Shown here one piece after another: positions 15,583 through 29,749 of a DNA stretch of 64,000 nt. This DNA is from Octopus vulgaris (taxonomy: Eukaryota), in the NCBI GenBank assembly GCA_951406725.2, contig OX597843.1, positions 10,292,001 to 10,356,000 of the forward strand, given 5' to 3'. The translations under genes and the position numbers were made by a program. The notes under the pieces are model-generated. The model made no database searches. It was not told the origin of the DNA and was given only the letters and a program-made list of their open reading frames with translations. How positions within the stretch are numbered: position 1 is the first letter of the stretch; each line of letters begins with the position of its first letter.

Positions 15583-17380
15583 AACACCATCCTAACAACA
15601 CTACTTCTCCTGCTCTCTCCACACACATCTACAACATCCCTCTGTGCTACCACAACACTGTCCTAACAACATCCCACGACACTACTACAACACCGTCCTA
15701 ACAAAATCCCACGACATTACAACACCATCATAACAACATCCCACAACATTACTACAACACCATCATAACAACACCCCATGACACTACAACAACACCATCA
15801 TAACAACATCCAACAACACTACTACAACACCATCCTAACAACATCTCACAACATTACTACAACACCATCATAACAACACCCCATGACACTACAACACCAT
15901 CATAACAACACCCCATGACACTACTACAACACCATCCTAACAACATCCAACAATACCTCACAACACTGTTACAACACCATCCTAACAACACCCCACAAAA
16001 TTGCTACAACACCATCATAACAACACCCCATGACACTACTACAACACCATCATAACAACATCCAACAATACCTCACAACACTGCTATAACACCATCCTAA
16101 CAACACCCCCACAGCATTGCTACAACACCATCCTAACAACATCCCACAACACTACTACAACACCATCCTAACAACATCCCACAATACCTCACAACCCTAC
16201 TGCAACACGACCATAACAACATTATCTCTCCCACTCACTCCACACACATCTGCAACCACCCACAATACTGCTACAAAACTACCACAACACCATGCTAACA
16301 ACATCCCATGACACTACTACAACACCATCCTAACAACACTATTTTTCCCACTCAGTCTGCACACATCTACAACATCTCACAACACTGCTATAACACCCTA
16401 CAACACTACCACAACACCATCCTAACAACACTACTACAACACCAACCTAACAACTTCTCACAACACCTCACAACACTACTGCAACACCATCCTAACAACA
16501 CTGTCTCTCTCACTCAGTCCACACACATCTAAAACATCTCACAATACTGCTACAGCACCATCATAACAACATCCCACAACACTACAAGACCAACTTAACA
16601 ATTCCCACAACACTACTACAACACCATCCTAACAACATTCCACAACACTACTACAACACCATCCTAGCAACATCCCACAATACCTCACAACACAGCTACA
16701 ACACCATGCTAACAACGTCCCACAACACTACTACAACACCATCCTAACAACATCCCACAATACCTCAAACACAGCTACAACACCATCCTAACAACACCCC
16801 ACAACACTACTACAACACCATCCTAACAACATCCCACAATACCTCACAACACAGCTACAACACCATCCTAACAACAACCCACAACACCTCACAACACTGC
16901 TACAACACCATCCTAACAACACCCCACAACACAGCTACAACACCATCCTAACAACACCCCACAACACTACTACAACACCATCCTAACAACATCCCACAAT
17001 ACCTCACAACACAGCTACAACACCATCCTAACAACATCCTAACAACATCACAACACTACTACAACACCATCCTAACAACATCCCACAATACCTCACAACA
17101 CAGCTACAACACCATCCTAACAACATCCCACAACACTACTACAACACCATCCTAACAACATCCCACAATACCTCACAACACTGCTACAACACCATCCTAA
17201 CAACACCCCACAACACTACTATAACACCATCCTAACAACATCCCACAATACCTCACAACACAGCTACAACACCATCCTAACAACGTCCCACAATACCTCA
17301 CAACACTACTACAACACTATGTTTCCCACTCACTCCACACACATCCCACAACATTACTACAACACCATCCTAACACTATC
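15583..17380. repeat. C/A-rich minisatellite (~35/46-bp units, acaacaccatcctaacaacatcccacaacactact)
   Basis: Dozens of degenerate tandem units. Confidence 0.9.
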
Positions 17381-17694
17381 TCTCTCATTCACATCATACT
17401 GCAAAAACGGTCCCCAAGATGCCAAGTGCAACTTGTACCTGGTTGATATTGTGGATATAGGACGGTTAGGAACCAAGAAGCTAATATCTTCAATAGAGTA
17501 GCCCCAGGAATTTGCCTAAGGCATCAAACAGGTATTCATTTTAGAGAATTGTTCTCCCAACCTGTCTGGGATCCTTAGAGAATTTTCTTTTCTAGGTTGA
17601 AATTAGGAGACAAATACACCTGTGAGTTGTAGATCAGACATGAATATTGCTTGACTTGTATGTTGTCATATTTCTGTTGGAATACTCGGCCATC

Positions 17695-17908
17695 TCTTTT
17701 ACCCTTTTACTCTTTTACTTGTTTCAGTCATTTGACTGCGGCCGTGCTGGAGCACCGCCTTTAATCGAGCAACTCGACCCCGGGACTTATTCTTTTGTAA
17801 GCCCAGTACTTATTCTATCGGTCTCTTTTGCTGAACCGCTAAGTAACGTGGACATAAACATACCAGCATCGGTTGTCAAGCAATGCTAGGGGGACAAACA
17901 AACACACA

Positions 17909-17963
<55 letters not shown>

Positions 17964-18115
17964 GATGGGCTTTTTCAGTTTCCGTCTACCAAATCCACAC
18001 ACAAGGCATTGGTCGGCCCGGGGCTATAGTAGAAGACACTTGCCCAAGGTGCCACGCAGTGGGACTGAACCCGGAACCATGTGGTTGGTTAGCAAGCTAC
18101 TTATCACACAACTAC
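17695..18115 (-). mobile_element. SINE family A, near full length
   Basis: tRNA-like head, internal (TA)n, 3' tail ..ctgaaacaagtaaaagagtaaaag. Confidence 0.9.
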
Positions 18116-18119
18116 TCAT

Positions 18120-19118
18120 TGTTTCAATTAATTTGGGAAATAATGAAAAAATTTGCAAAAAAAATTTTGTCAGTATTAATATGGGATTTGGAACATGAAT
18201 TAACATGAAATTTTTGATGGAATTTTTTTAATTGAAATCATTTAAAAACTGAAAAATTCTATCATGGAACCAGATTGGTCTCAGGTGGGTCGGAATCAAA
18301 GGGATTAGGACAAACACGACGGAAAGATCTGGAAACTAAATCATGTGACGAGGATAATTCTGTTGAAATACACTCTCTCTTTTACTCTTTTACTTGTTTC
18401 AGTCATTTGACTGCGGCCATGCTGGAGCACCACCTTTTAGTTGAGCAAATCCACCCCGGGACTTATTCTTTGTAAGCCCAGTACTTATTCTATCGGTCTC
18501 ATTTGCCGAACCGCTAAGTGACGGGGACGTAAACACACCAGCATCAGTTATCAAGCAATGCTAGGGGGACAAACACAGACACACAAACATATACACACAC
18601 ATACATATATATATATATACATATATACGACAGGCTTCTTTCAGTTTCCGTCTACCAAATCCACTCACAAGGCTTTGGTCGGCCCGGGGCTATAGCAGAA
18701 GACACTTGCCCAAGGTGCCACGCAGTGGGACTGAGCCCGGAACCATGTGGTTGGTTAGCAAGCTACTTACCACACAGCCACTCCTGTACGTATGTATAAA
18801 TATTTTGTTTTAAAATGATCTACATTGAATCCTTTCATTAAAATTTTATGTTAATTTATATTACGAACACCAGCTTAATTAATAATGACAAAATTATTTT
18901 TCGAAATATTTTAATATTTTCAAAATTAATTTTAACAAACGCAGTGTATTTCAACAGAAATATCCTCGTCATATGATTTAGCTTCCAGATTTTTCCATCA
19001 TGTTTGTCTAAATCCTTTTGATTGCAACCCACCTGGGACCAACCTGGTGCCACGATAGAAATTTTCTGTTTTAAAACCTTCTATGAAATTATAAAGCATT
19101 CTATCAAATTAATTTCAT
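18120..19118. mobile_element. two oppositely oriented decayed DNA-element (MITE-like) fragments around a SINE A at 18375-18787
   Basis: 18240-18372 is the reverse complement of 18942-19075; related sequence at 34840-34995. Confidence 0.55.
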
Positions 19119-19119
19119 A

Positions 19120-19531
19120 CTCTTTTATTCTTTTACTTGTTTCAGTCATGTGACTGCGTTCATGCTGCAGCACCGCCTTTTAGTCGAGCAAATTGTCCCC
19201 AGGACTTATTCTTTGTAAGCCTAGTACTTATTCTATCGGTCTCTTTTGCCAAACGGCTAAGTTACGGGGACGTAAACACACCACCATCGGTTGTCAAGCG
19301 ATGTTGGGGGGGACAAACACAGACACACAAACATATACACATACATACACACATATATATGCATATATACGACGGGCTTCTTTCAGTTTCCGTCTACTAA
19401 ATCCACTCACAAGGCATTGGTAGGCCCAGGGCTATAGCAGAAGACACTTGCCCAAGATGCCACGCAGTGGGACTGAACCCGGAACCATGTGGTTGGTAAG
19501 CAAGCTACTTACCACACAGTCCACTCCTGCG

Positions 19532-19533
<2 letters not shown>
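19120..19533 (-). mobile_element. SINE family A, full length
   Basis: Matches the other family A copies. Confidence 0.9.
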
Positions 19534-19584
<51 letters not shown>

Positions 19585-19591
<7 letters not shown>

Positions 19592-20189
19592 AATATGAGA
19601 GAGAATCCACTATGTGGACGTTCTTACGCTAAAGATAGATCAGCAAGGGTCTCAACCACTAAGAATTGTTCTCAAGAAAAATTTAGCACACTATGAACGT
19701 AAGCGAGCAGGACAAATGAAAAATAACAAAAATATAGATTAACCCCATACAATTGTTTCACTGATAATAAATTATGCAATTTTACTTACACAATAAATCT
19801 ACAGATCATCAGTGATATTCGTCATAAAATATAATTTGTCGAACTGCACGCCAGATATCAACACGAGGTCAAAAATACGAGTAGTTCGGCCGATTATATT
19901 CACAGTTATATTCAAATGCCCTCGTTCTAGCGTGCCAAATTCCCGGAAATAAATACTGCATAAGTAATTCACTGCAGTAGTTAACGCTGGTTTGAGAACA
20001 TATTAATTTAGAATTAAAATCAAAATGAGGGTGAAAAAATTGGATATTAATTTAATAACATCAATTTAAACACCAGTGGTTTAGCACATAAAAAACTGAG
20101 ATTCAGTAAATATTATTAATACACAAATATGAGAGAGAATCCACTATGTGGACGCTCTTACGCTAGAGATAGATCTGCAAGGGTCTCAA
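19585..20189 (-). mobile_element. 534-bp unit plus ~70-bp terminal redundancy with an HHR-like motif
   Basis: atacacaaatatgagagagaatcc..caagggtctcaa at 19585 and 20119. Minus-strand tca-CTGATGA-t ctg..cag t-GAAA-caatt-GTA-tgg at 19745-19814. Abuts (TA)n. Confidence 0.65.
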
Positions 20190-20491
20190 TATATAACAAC
20201 AAAAAATCTATGTAGAGGAAATTACATCCTTATTTTAGAATTTACCATATAAACCCAACAATTGTTTCTATTGTATTAACATGTGTGTGTGTGTGGGGGG
20301 TAAAATATTGAAATTAATATTTCTGAAAATATATGTTAACACAATGTTATCAAGGTTATCCAAAATTAGAGAAATTCAAAGTGAACATATGAAATATTTC
20401 TAGCACACAAACACATATAAAAAGAACGCTTAGAAGGAATTCAATCTAAGACATTTCTGTATTCAACTAATGGTGTGTATATATATATGTA

Positions 20492-20524
<33 letters not shown>

Positions 20525-20574
20525 CTACCAAGCTCACTCATAAGACAATGGTTGACCACGGCTATAATATAGAG

Positions 20575-20793
20575 CAGTGGTTTTCAACCAGAGTTCCACG
20601 GAACCTTAGGGTTCCGCCAGTACAGTCCAGGGGTTCCGCAGGAAGTTACAAAACTGCTAAAATCGGCAGTAATTTTTAATTCTCCTGTGCAGATATGTGT
20701 GCATAAGACTATTAAATTATTGCACAGGGTCTCCTCGAGCCAGTGGTATGTTTCCCTGGGGTTCCGCTCCAGCAAAAAGTTTGAAAAGCACTG
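20575..20793 (+). mobile_element. hAT-type MITE (219 bp) with 8-bp TSD
   Basis: Terminal inverted repeats (TIRs) cagtggttttcaa / ttgaaaagcactg; TSD ATATAGAG on both sides; interrupts an old SINE A head. Confidence 0.9.
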
Positions 20794-21328
20794 ATATAGA
20801 GCATCATCTGATAATGTTCATGCAGTGGAATTGAACCCTTAACCATGTGTTTCAAAAGTAAACTTCTTAACCACACAGCTACGCCTAATTTGATAATTAG
20901 ATAAAAAAAAAATGAAATCAATACATTTGTAAAATACAATATCTATATTTTGTTGAGAGCAAAATCCTATGGTTTACTGACTTGTTACACTGCCAGGGGA
21001 TGTCTGGGTCAAATTAACCTGGACATTGCCTGACAGTATGAATTATGCTATACTCAATAAAACCTGAAGGACTGCTGGAAGAAAAAAAAGTGTCAAAACT
21101 ACTGTAACCTCCTGATCAACAGCCAATGAAGGGTGTATGCCACAGTGCAAGCTCTGTATCAAAATAGGAACTAAATGCTCGTTAATGTCAAATAAAGATA
21201 GAATGTGAATAAAATTAATGCACAAGTAATTGATGAAAGGTTTATTAAGGGCGGCATTATGAGTGGTGTAAAAAATAAATTATTGCCAGTTAGCATTCCA
21301 AACAAACACTATATTATATTATAGCAGA

Positions 21329-21743
21329 GTTGCTGCTGCTGTTGTTGTTGTTGTTGTTGTTGTTCTTGTTCTTGTTCTTCTTCCTCTTCTTCTTCTTCCT
21401 CTTCTTCTTCTTTCTCTTCTTCTTCCTCTTCTTCCTCTTCTTCTTCATCCTCTTCTTTCCCTTCTCCTTCTTCATCCTCTTCTTCCCCTTCTCCTTCTTC
21501 CTCCTTTTCTTCTTCTTCCTCTTCTTTTTCTTCTTCTTCTTGTTTTTGTTGTTGTTCTTCCTCCTCCTCCTTTTCTTCTTCCTCTTCTTCTTCTCCTCCT
21601 CCTCCTCCTTCTTCTTCTTCTTCTCTTTCCTTCTCCTCCTTCTCCTCTTCTTCTTCTTCCTCCTCCTTCCCCCTCTTCTTCTTCTTCTTCTTCTTCTTCT
21701 TCTTCTGCTTCTTCTTCTTCTTCTGCTTCTTCTTCTTCCTGCT
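21329..21743. repeat. (CTT)n microsatellite
   Basis: Direct reading. Confidence 0.95.
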
Positions 21744-21744
21744 T

Positions 21745-22072
21745 AGCCCTAGGTTTGACTATGATACAGCAGACATATGATCATACGTTTCCCAGTTGTA
21801 ACATTCTTGTCTTATAATTTTTCGAACACAAGGCATCTAAGAGTACATTATCTAATGTGTCCTTCCTTAAGGTTGCTGTTGTTTAGCCCCAAGTACACAT
21901 GATCTAACAAACCCATCAACAAAGACGTTCCAGTTGTGACCATCCAGTCATAGTATATCTTGGATTGCATTGACTATTGTGTTCTTCTTTCATGCTGGTG
22001 TTGTTGTTTAACCCCAGGTCAGCTCAGATCCAGTAGATGCATTCCAGCTGTGACCATCCTGCCTTTTATTCA
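21745..22072 (+). repeat. degenerate ~125-bp tandem repeat family (tttagccccagg..ccagctgtgaccatcc..ctacattatctaatgtgtcc)
   Basis: Also at 22890-23110 and, reversed, at 1900-2037 and 12800-13070. Confidence 0.6.
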
Positions 22073-22074
22073 GA

Positions 22075-22720
22075 TGGGTATTTGGCTCATGATTGTAAGG
22101 TCGTGAGTTCAATTCCTAGCAGCGTGCTGTGTCCTTGAGCAAGACACTTTATTCCACATTTTGCTCCAGTCCCACTCAGCTGGCAAAAATAAGGAGTACC
22201 TGTATTTCAAAGGGGCCAGCCTTGTCACACTCTGTGTTGTGCTGAATCACCCTGAGGACTACATTAAGGGTAGGTGTGTCTGTGGAGTACTCAGCCACTT
22301 TTATGCCAATTTCACAAGCAGGCTGTTCCGTTTACCAGATCAACTGGGACCCTGGTCGCCAAAGCTGATGACACATCAGGTTTTTTATATATATATAAAG
22401 TGCATGGCTTAGTGGTTGGAGCATCAAGCTTACAACCACGAGGTAGCGAGTTCGATTCCAGGACCAGGCTGTGTGTTGTGTTCTTGAGCAAGACACTTTA
22501 TTTCACATTTTGCTCCAGTTCACTAAGCTGGCAAAAATGAAGAGTACCTGTAATTCAAATGGGTCCAGCTTTGTCACACTCTGTGTCACACTGAATCACC
22601 TTGAAAACTACATTAAGGGTACACATGTCTGTGGAGTACTCGGCCGCTTGCACATTAATTTCACAAGCAGGCTGTTCTGTTTATCAGATCAACTAGGACC
22701 CTTGTCGTCATAACCAACAG
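22075..22720 (+). mobile_element. two SINE family D copies in tandem
   Basis: Each has a B box (gagttcaattcc / gagttcgattcc), ttgagcaagacact and a shared body. Confidence 0.8.
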
Positions 22721-23224
22721 GTTACTAGGTGACAGGTGACAGGTACTTTATTCAGACATAGCGTGTCTAGGAATTGAACCCTTAACCATGTACTTCAAAA
22801 GCAAGGTTCTTAACCACACAGCTATTCCTAATTTAAGAAAAGAAATTAAATCAACACATTTGCAAAGTAGAATATCTATATGGCTTGTAGTTGTGTTCCA
22901 GCTGTGACCATCCTGTCTTTTATTGTGGCATAGTGTATCTAGGACTCAACCACCTAATGTACACTTCCTTATTGCGTTCTTCTCATCATTAGTTTCGTTT
23001 AGCCCAAGGTTAGCACTGATCAAGCAGGCCTATGATCAAAGGCGTTCAACTGATGACCATCCCAATTTTGGGAGTGGGGTATCTAGGACTACATTATCCA
23101 ATGTGCCCATGTTATTTTCACTACAGTAGGCAGTAATTTGAAGGTGATTTAGCTGTTGTTTCTAGCAAGATGAGTTATCACATAGAGGCTCCCTTGTTGG
23201 TTCATGTTGTGAAGGACAACACTG

Positions 23225-23384
23225 TTGTCATTGTTGTTGTTGTGGTGGTGGTGGTGGAGGTGGAGGTGGTGGTGGTGGTGGTGGTGGTGGTGGTGGTGGT
23301 AGTGATAATGTTGGTGGTAGCAGTAGTGGGGGTGGTGCTAGCAATGGTAGTAGTGGTGGTGATGCTGGTGGTAGTAGTAGCAGC

Positions 23385-23480
<96 letters not shown>

Positions 23481-23547
23481 GGTGGTAGTAGTAGTAGTAG
23501 TGGTAGTGGTGGTTGTGTTGGTAGTAGTAGTAGCAGTAGTAGTAGTA

Positions 23548-23614
<67 letters not shown>

Positions 23615-23905
23615 CAGTAGTGGTAGTGGCAGCAGCGGTGGTGGTTGTGGTAGTGATGGTGTCGGTTGCAGTCGGGTGGGGTGATGTAGCTGCAGATGTT
23701 GTAGTTGTGTCTAATCAAAGTGTATTAAAAATACTTTGTACACTGGTATGACTCATTATGATGTATATTTATATACACCCACACATACGCCTAATATACA
23801 CGTACATATATATACATGCATATACATACATGCAGACACACACACACACATGCACGCACGTATAAACACATACACACCTGTATATATACATACATATATA
23901 TACAT

Positions 23906-23938
<33 letters not shown>

Positions 23939-24005
23939 CATATATATACATACATATACATACATATATATATATACATATATATATATAGAGACATATA
24001 CGTAC

Positions 24006-24036
<31 letters not shown>

Positions 24037-24060
24037 CATACACATATATATATACATGTA

Positions 24061-24108
<48 letters not shown>

Positions 24109-24230
24109 GTTTTTCATTTTATTTCATTTGATATATATATATATACATATCTATATACATACATATATATATATATATACACATATATATATACACATAT
24201 ATATATACACATATATATATATATACATAT

Positions 24231-24278
<48 letters not shown>

Positions 24279-24792
24279 GTACAGAGACAGACATATGTAT
24301 ACACATATATATGCATTCATATATACACACACACATTCCTAAACACACAATAAACATATATACGTGCACACACATATATACATACATATGCAGGACATAC
24401 ACATGTATCCATTACTGAAAAAAATATATACACAGACATATACACATATATATATAGATATACATACATATATATGTATATATATATATGTATATATATA
24501 TATGTATATATATATATGCACACATACATATACATATAGGCACATACACAAATACATACGTGCACAGACATATACACACACACACATACCTACACACAAA
24601 TACGCACACGCACACATGCTCACACACGCACACACACACACACATGCTCACACACACACACACACATCTCCTGTCTCTCATGCAAATTTTATTGGAACAA
24701 GGCGACACAGCTTAATTGATGAATAGTGTCGTTTCCATGGCAATGTCTCAGAATGAAAGGCAATTAATGATTTAATTATGATTGAAGTAATA

Positions 24793-24857
<65 letters not shown>

Positions 24858-24862
24858 TATCA

Positions 24863-24897
<35 letters not shown>

Positions 24898-24904
24898 TAA
24901 TAAT

Positions 24905-24944
<40 letters not shown>

Positions 24945-24967
24945 TATAATAATAATAATAATTATCA

Positions 24968-25008
<41 letters not shown>

Positions 25009-25010
25009 GT

Positions 25011-25076
<66 letters not shown>

Positions 25077-25156
25077 TATCATCATTATTATTATTATTAT
25101 TATTGCTGTTGTTATTTTTATTATTATTATTATTATTATCATTATTATTATTATTA

Positions 25157-25187
<31 letters not shown>

Positions 25188-25272
25188 CATCATGATCATG
25201 ATGATAATACTGATGATAATTATAATAATAATGACAATAATAGCAATAATTGTAATAATAATAATAATAATT
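23225..25272. repeat. (GTA/GTG)n, (TA/CA)n and (AAT/TAT)n microsatellite blocks
   Basis: Direct reading. Confidence 0.9.
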
Positions 25273-25609
25273 CTTTCTACTATAGGCTCTAGGCCTGAAA
25301 TTTTGTCGGAGCGAGATTGTCAATTATGATAATCTCTGTACTCAACTGGTACTTTATTTCAGTGATTCTGAAAGGATTAAAGGCAAAGTCGACTCCAACA
25401 GAATATGAACTCAGAACGTAAAAAGATGAAGGAAATGCCTTTAGACATTTTGTCCGGCATGCAAAAAATTCTAGCAGCTTGCCATTTTTAATAAAAGATG
25501 CAGTATCTGGAACTGGCTCTCATGTCTATGCCCTGATGCGGTACCAGGCAGTGGCTCTAAGTGGTTTCTAGTCTTAACTGATTTCCCAACTGTTGCCCTC
25601 CAATCTACA

Positions 25610-25850
25610 AGGGCATGTAGTGACGCTACTGTGGAAGTTTCAGCACACATGCGCAGAGTAGGATTACTTCTGGTAGGCCGCCGGAAGTTCCCTCATGCGC
25701 ATGCGCAGAAACTGCAACCTGCAAACGTAACCGCTAAATCGGCCCTTTTTCGGAGAGCAGCACTAACGAACGGACGTGACTAAAACTTCTCTCAGAGAAA
25801 ACCCTACGCATAGAGCAGCTCTCTTCAAAGCGGGAACGAAGACCGTATCT
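25610..25850. promoter_or_regulatory. CpG-rich patch with ETS and NRF1-type motifs
   Basis: CCGGAAGT at 25681-25688, TGCGCATGCGCA at 25696-25707 and a further catgcgca near 25650; motif match only. Confidence 0.3.
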
Positions 25851-25854
25851 TCTT

Positions 25855-26269
25855 GGCGGCGAGCTGGCAGAAACGTTAGCACGCTGGGCGAAATGCGTAG
25901 CCGTGTTTCATCTGTCGTTACGTTGTGAGTTCAAATTCCGCCAAGGTCGACTTTGCCTTTCATCCTTTCGGGGTCGATAAATAAAGTACCAGTTACGCAC
26001 TGGGGTCGATATAATCGACTTAATCCCTTTGTCTGTCCTTGTTTGTCCTCTCTGTGTTTAGCCCCTTGTGGGTAATAAAGAAATAGGTATTTCTTCTGCC
26101 AGTACGATCTGAGTTCAAATTCCGCCGAGGTCGACTTTGCCTTTCATCCTTTCGGGGTCGATAAATTAAGTACCAGTTACGCACTGGGGTCAATGTAATC
26201 GACTTAATACCTATGTCTGTCCTTGTTTGTCCCCTCTGTGTTTAGCCCCTTGTGGGTAATAAAGAAATA
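25855..26269 (+). mobile_element. SINE family B dimer with 14-bp TSD
   Basis: Full copy plus a head-less second unit; cgtatcttcttggc at 25844-25857 and 26270-26283. Confidence 0.9.
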
Positions 26270-26598
26270 CGTATCTTCTTGGCTCACCTGAGTGAACATT
26301 TGTGTACAGTCCTGTAGATTTGGCTGCCAGTTCGCCCTTAAGAAATATATATGTATATATTTTATCCGTGAACCTGAAGAATAAAGTACTATTTATTGTT
26401 ATCGAAGACAGCCAGATTTTTGGTTCCTTTTCTTCGACTTGTATGTGACAAGATAAGACCAGAGACCCCTCCACCAGCCATCTTATTACAGAGAAGGTTC
26501 ATTCTCCCTAAACATTTTTGGCACAAATTCCCTGGGAAAGAACACTTTGCACTTTGTGCTCACTTTCCTTTCTAACTGGAAGTTAAAAACGTCAATGC

Positions 26599-26661
<63 letters not shown>

Positions 26662-26702
26662 TAGATAGATGGATAGGTAAATAGATAGATAGATAGATAG
26701 AG

Positions 26703-26801
<99 letters not shown>

Positions 26802-26846
26802 TAGATAGATAGATGGATAGGTAAATAGATAGATAGATAGATAGAG

Positions 26847-26909
<63 letters not shown>

Positions 26910-27000
26910 TAGATAGATAGATAGGTAAATAGATAGGTAGGTAAATAGATAGATAGATAGACAGACAGACAGATAGATAGATACATAAACAGACAGACAG
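26599..27000. repeat. (GATA/GACA)n microsatellite
   Basis: Direct reading. Confidence 0.95.
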
Positions 27001-27156
27001 TGAGCTTCTGTACATTTTCTGTTTCCCAATTTCATTCATGTGGTACGGCTCAGCTGAAGGTTATAGTAGAAGAAACTTGCCTAAGGTATCAGTCAGTGAG
27101 AGGGAATACGAAGTTGCATCACCATGAAGCAAACTTTGTATTCATGCAGCCATATC

Positions 27157-27364
27157 TCTTTTACTCTTTTACTTGTTTCAGTCATTTGACTGCGGCCATG
27201 CTGGAGCACCGCCTTTAGTCGAGCAAATCGACCCCGGGACTTATTCTTTGTAAGCCTAGTACTTATTCTATCGGTCTCTTTTGCTGAACTGCTAAGTGAC
27301 AGGGACGTAAACACACCAGCATCGGTTGTCAAGCAATGCTAGGGGGACAAACACAGACACACAA

Positions 27365-27417
<53 letters not shown>

Positions 27418-27762
27418 TACGACAGGCTTCTTTCAGTTTCCGTCTACCAAATCCACTCACAAGGCATTGGTCGGCCTGGGGCTATAGCAGAAGACACTTG
27501 CCCAAGATGCCATGCAGTGGGACTGAACCCAGAACCATGTGGTTGTTTAGCAAGCTACTTACCACACAGCCACTCCTGCGCCTATTTATATACATATATA
27601 CGACAGGCTTCTTTCAGTTTCCGTCTACCAAATCCACTCACAAGGCATTGGTCGGCCCAGGGGCTATAGCAGAAGACACTTGCCCAAGATGCCACACAGT
27701 GGGACTGAACCCAGAACCATGTGGTTGGTTAGCAAGCTACTTACCACACAGCCACTCCTGCA

Positions 27763-27825
<63 letters not shown>

Positions 27826-28000
27826 CATACATATATATGACGGGCTTCTTTCAGTTTCCGTGTATCAAATCCACTCACAAGGCATTGGTCGGCCCGGGGC
27901 TATAGCAGAAGACACTTGCCCAAGATGCCACGCAGTGGGACTGAACCCAGAACCATGTGGTTCTTCAGCAAGCTACTTACCACACAGCCACTCTGCGCCT
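27157..28000 (-). mobile_element. SINE family A plus two extra tandem 5' modules
   Basis: Full copy 27157-27582; heads at ~27600-27765 and ~27838-28000. Confidence 0.9.
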
Positions 28001-28566
28001 ATCTGTACGTAATCAGCCTGAAAAACAGCTCAGAACTAAAATGATGCAGTATTAATAAAATTAAAAAAAAAAAAACCATCTATCCCAACCCAACCCTGAC
28101 CACCCACTAACAGGAAAACATTCCAGATATTCATCTGGTTTTACCTCTCCTCTTCATTAAATGTCAAACCTAACTGGCTAAATATCTCTTACGTCTAATT
28201 AATAAACATTTCCTGATCAACCACCGTCACAGGAAACTACTTAATAGGAATAATTGCAATTAAGTTACAGTTGCACAATAAAACAGGAAAAAGCATAATC
28301 GCATTGAAATCGAGCGAAAACTCACAGGAGTAAGTTGCTTGTGAAGAAACACAAATTAACGATCTCTTGATTAGTCCCACAATGATAAGGTAATTATTTA
28401 GATAATGAAATCTAGATGCAGAGAGTAAACAATATGTCGGAATGATAGAGCATAAGTTAAAATACAACTGATTTAATTACATTTCTTCCTTCTGAAGTAT
28501 GAAGAACAGGAGTGTCTCTAAACTAGGGAATCATATTTGGAAGTTAAATAAAAGTAGAGTTAAATA

Positions 28567-28731
28567 GGCGCAGGAGTGGCTGTGTGGTAAGTAGCTTGCT
28601 TACCAACCACATGGTTCCGGGTTCAGTCCCACTGCATGACACCTTGAGCAAGTGTCTTCTGCTATAGCCTCAGGCCGACCAAAGCCTTGTGAGTGGATTT
28701 GGTAGATGGAAACGGAAAGAAGCCTGTTGTA

Positions 28732-28735
<4 letters not shown>
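28567..28735 (+). mobile_element. SINE family A 5' module
   Basis: ggcgcaggagtggctgtgtgg..gaaagaagcctg. Confidence 0.85.
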
Positions 28736-28769
<34 letters not shown>

Positions 28770-28771
<2 letters not shown>

Positions 28772-28950
28772 CCGGAGTAAACACATAAATGTGAAACAAG
28801 GTGGAAAAAAGAGTACTCTAATACCAGTGGTAGAGTAATATGCTTTATTTAAAGCAGCAGAAAATTCAACAAAACCTGTTCTGTCCGATGAATGGCAACG
28901 GGAAACTCAGAGTAACAGGTTTTGTTGAATTTTCTGCTGCTTTAAATAAA

Positions 28951-28951
<1 letters not shown>
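28770..28951. mobile_element. fold-back element in (TA)n with a degenerate HHR at the centre
   Basis: Arms 28843-28880 and 28914-28951; centre ctgt-CCGATGA-atggcaacgg-GAAA-ctcaga-GTA-acag. Confidence 0.65.
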
Positions 28952-28987
<36 letters not shown>

Positions 28988-29396
28988 TGCAGGAGTGGTT
29001 CTGGGTTCAGTCCCACTGCATGGCATCTTGAGCAAGTGTCTTCCACTATAGCCTTGGACCAACCAAAGCCTTGTGAGTGGATTTGGTAGACGGAAACTGA
29101 AAGAAGCCCATCGTATATGTGTGTGTATACGTTTGTGTCTGTGTTTGGCATATATATATATATACCGGAGTAAACACATAAATGTGAAACCTGTCGTATA
29201 TATGTATGTATATATATATGCGTGTGTGTGTTCTGCTGGGGGGCTGCAGCAGACCCCAGTCTGATTTGGCATGGTTTCTACAGCTGGATTCCCTTCCTAA
29301 TGCCAACCACTCCGAGAATGTAATTAGAGCTTTTATGTGCCACCGGCACGGGTGCCATTTTCCTGACACCAGTATCCACCATGACTACGATTTCAC

Positions 29397-29433
<37 letters not shown>

Positions 29434-29749
29434 GCTGTGTGTGTGTGTGTGTGTGTGTGTGTACATAAATATACAAACAATTTGTGGAGGCTTCAAATCT
29501 CTCGGAGGGCAATTGCGCTATTCATTCTTTCGAGGGGAATAAAATAAGGTTTCAGTGATGTGCTGCGATTGATATAAATGACTATATCCCCCCTCCCCTC
29601 AAAACTGTTGGCTTCGTCGCTGAATGAGAATCAATTACTTATCTAAAGGTAATTAGCATTAAATGCAGCCGTGTTAATTATCTTACATAACGATCCTCAG
29701 AGCTCCATTGACGTTTCCTCCCACCCACACCCACTCGACCCGCTCACAC

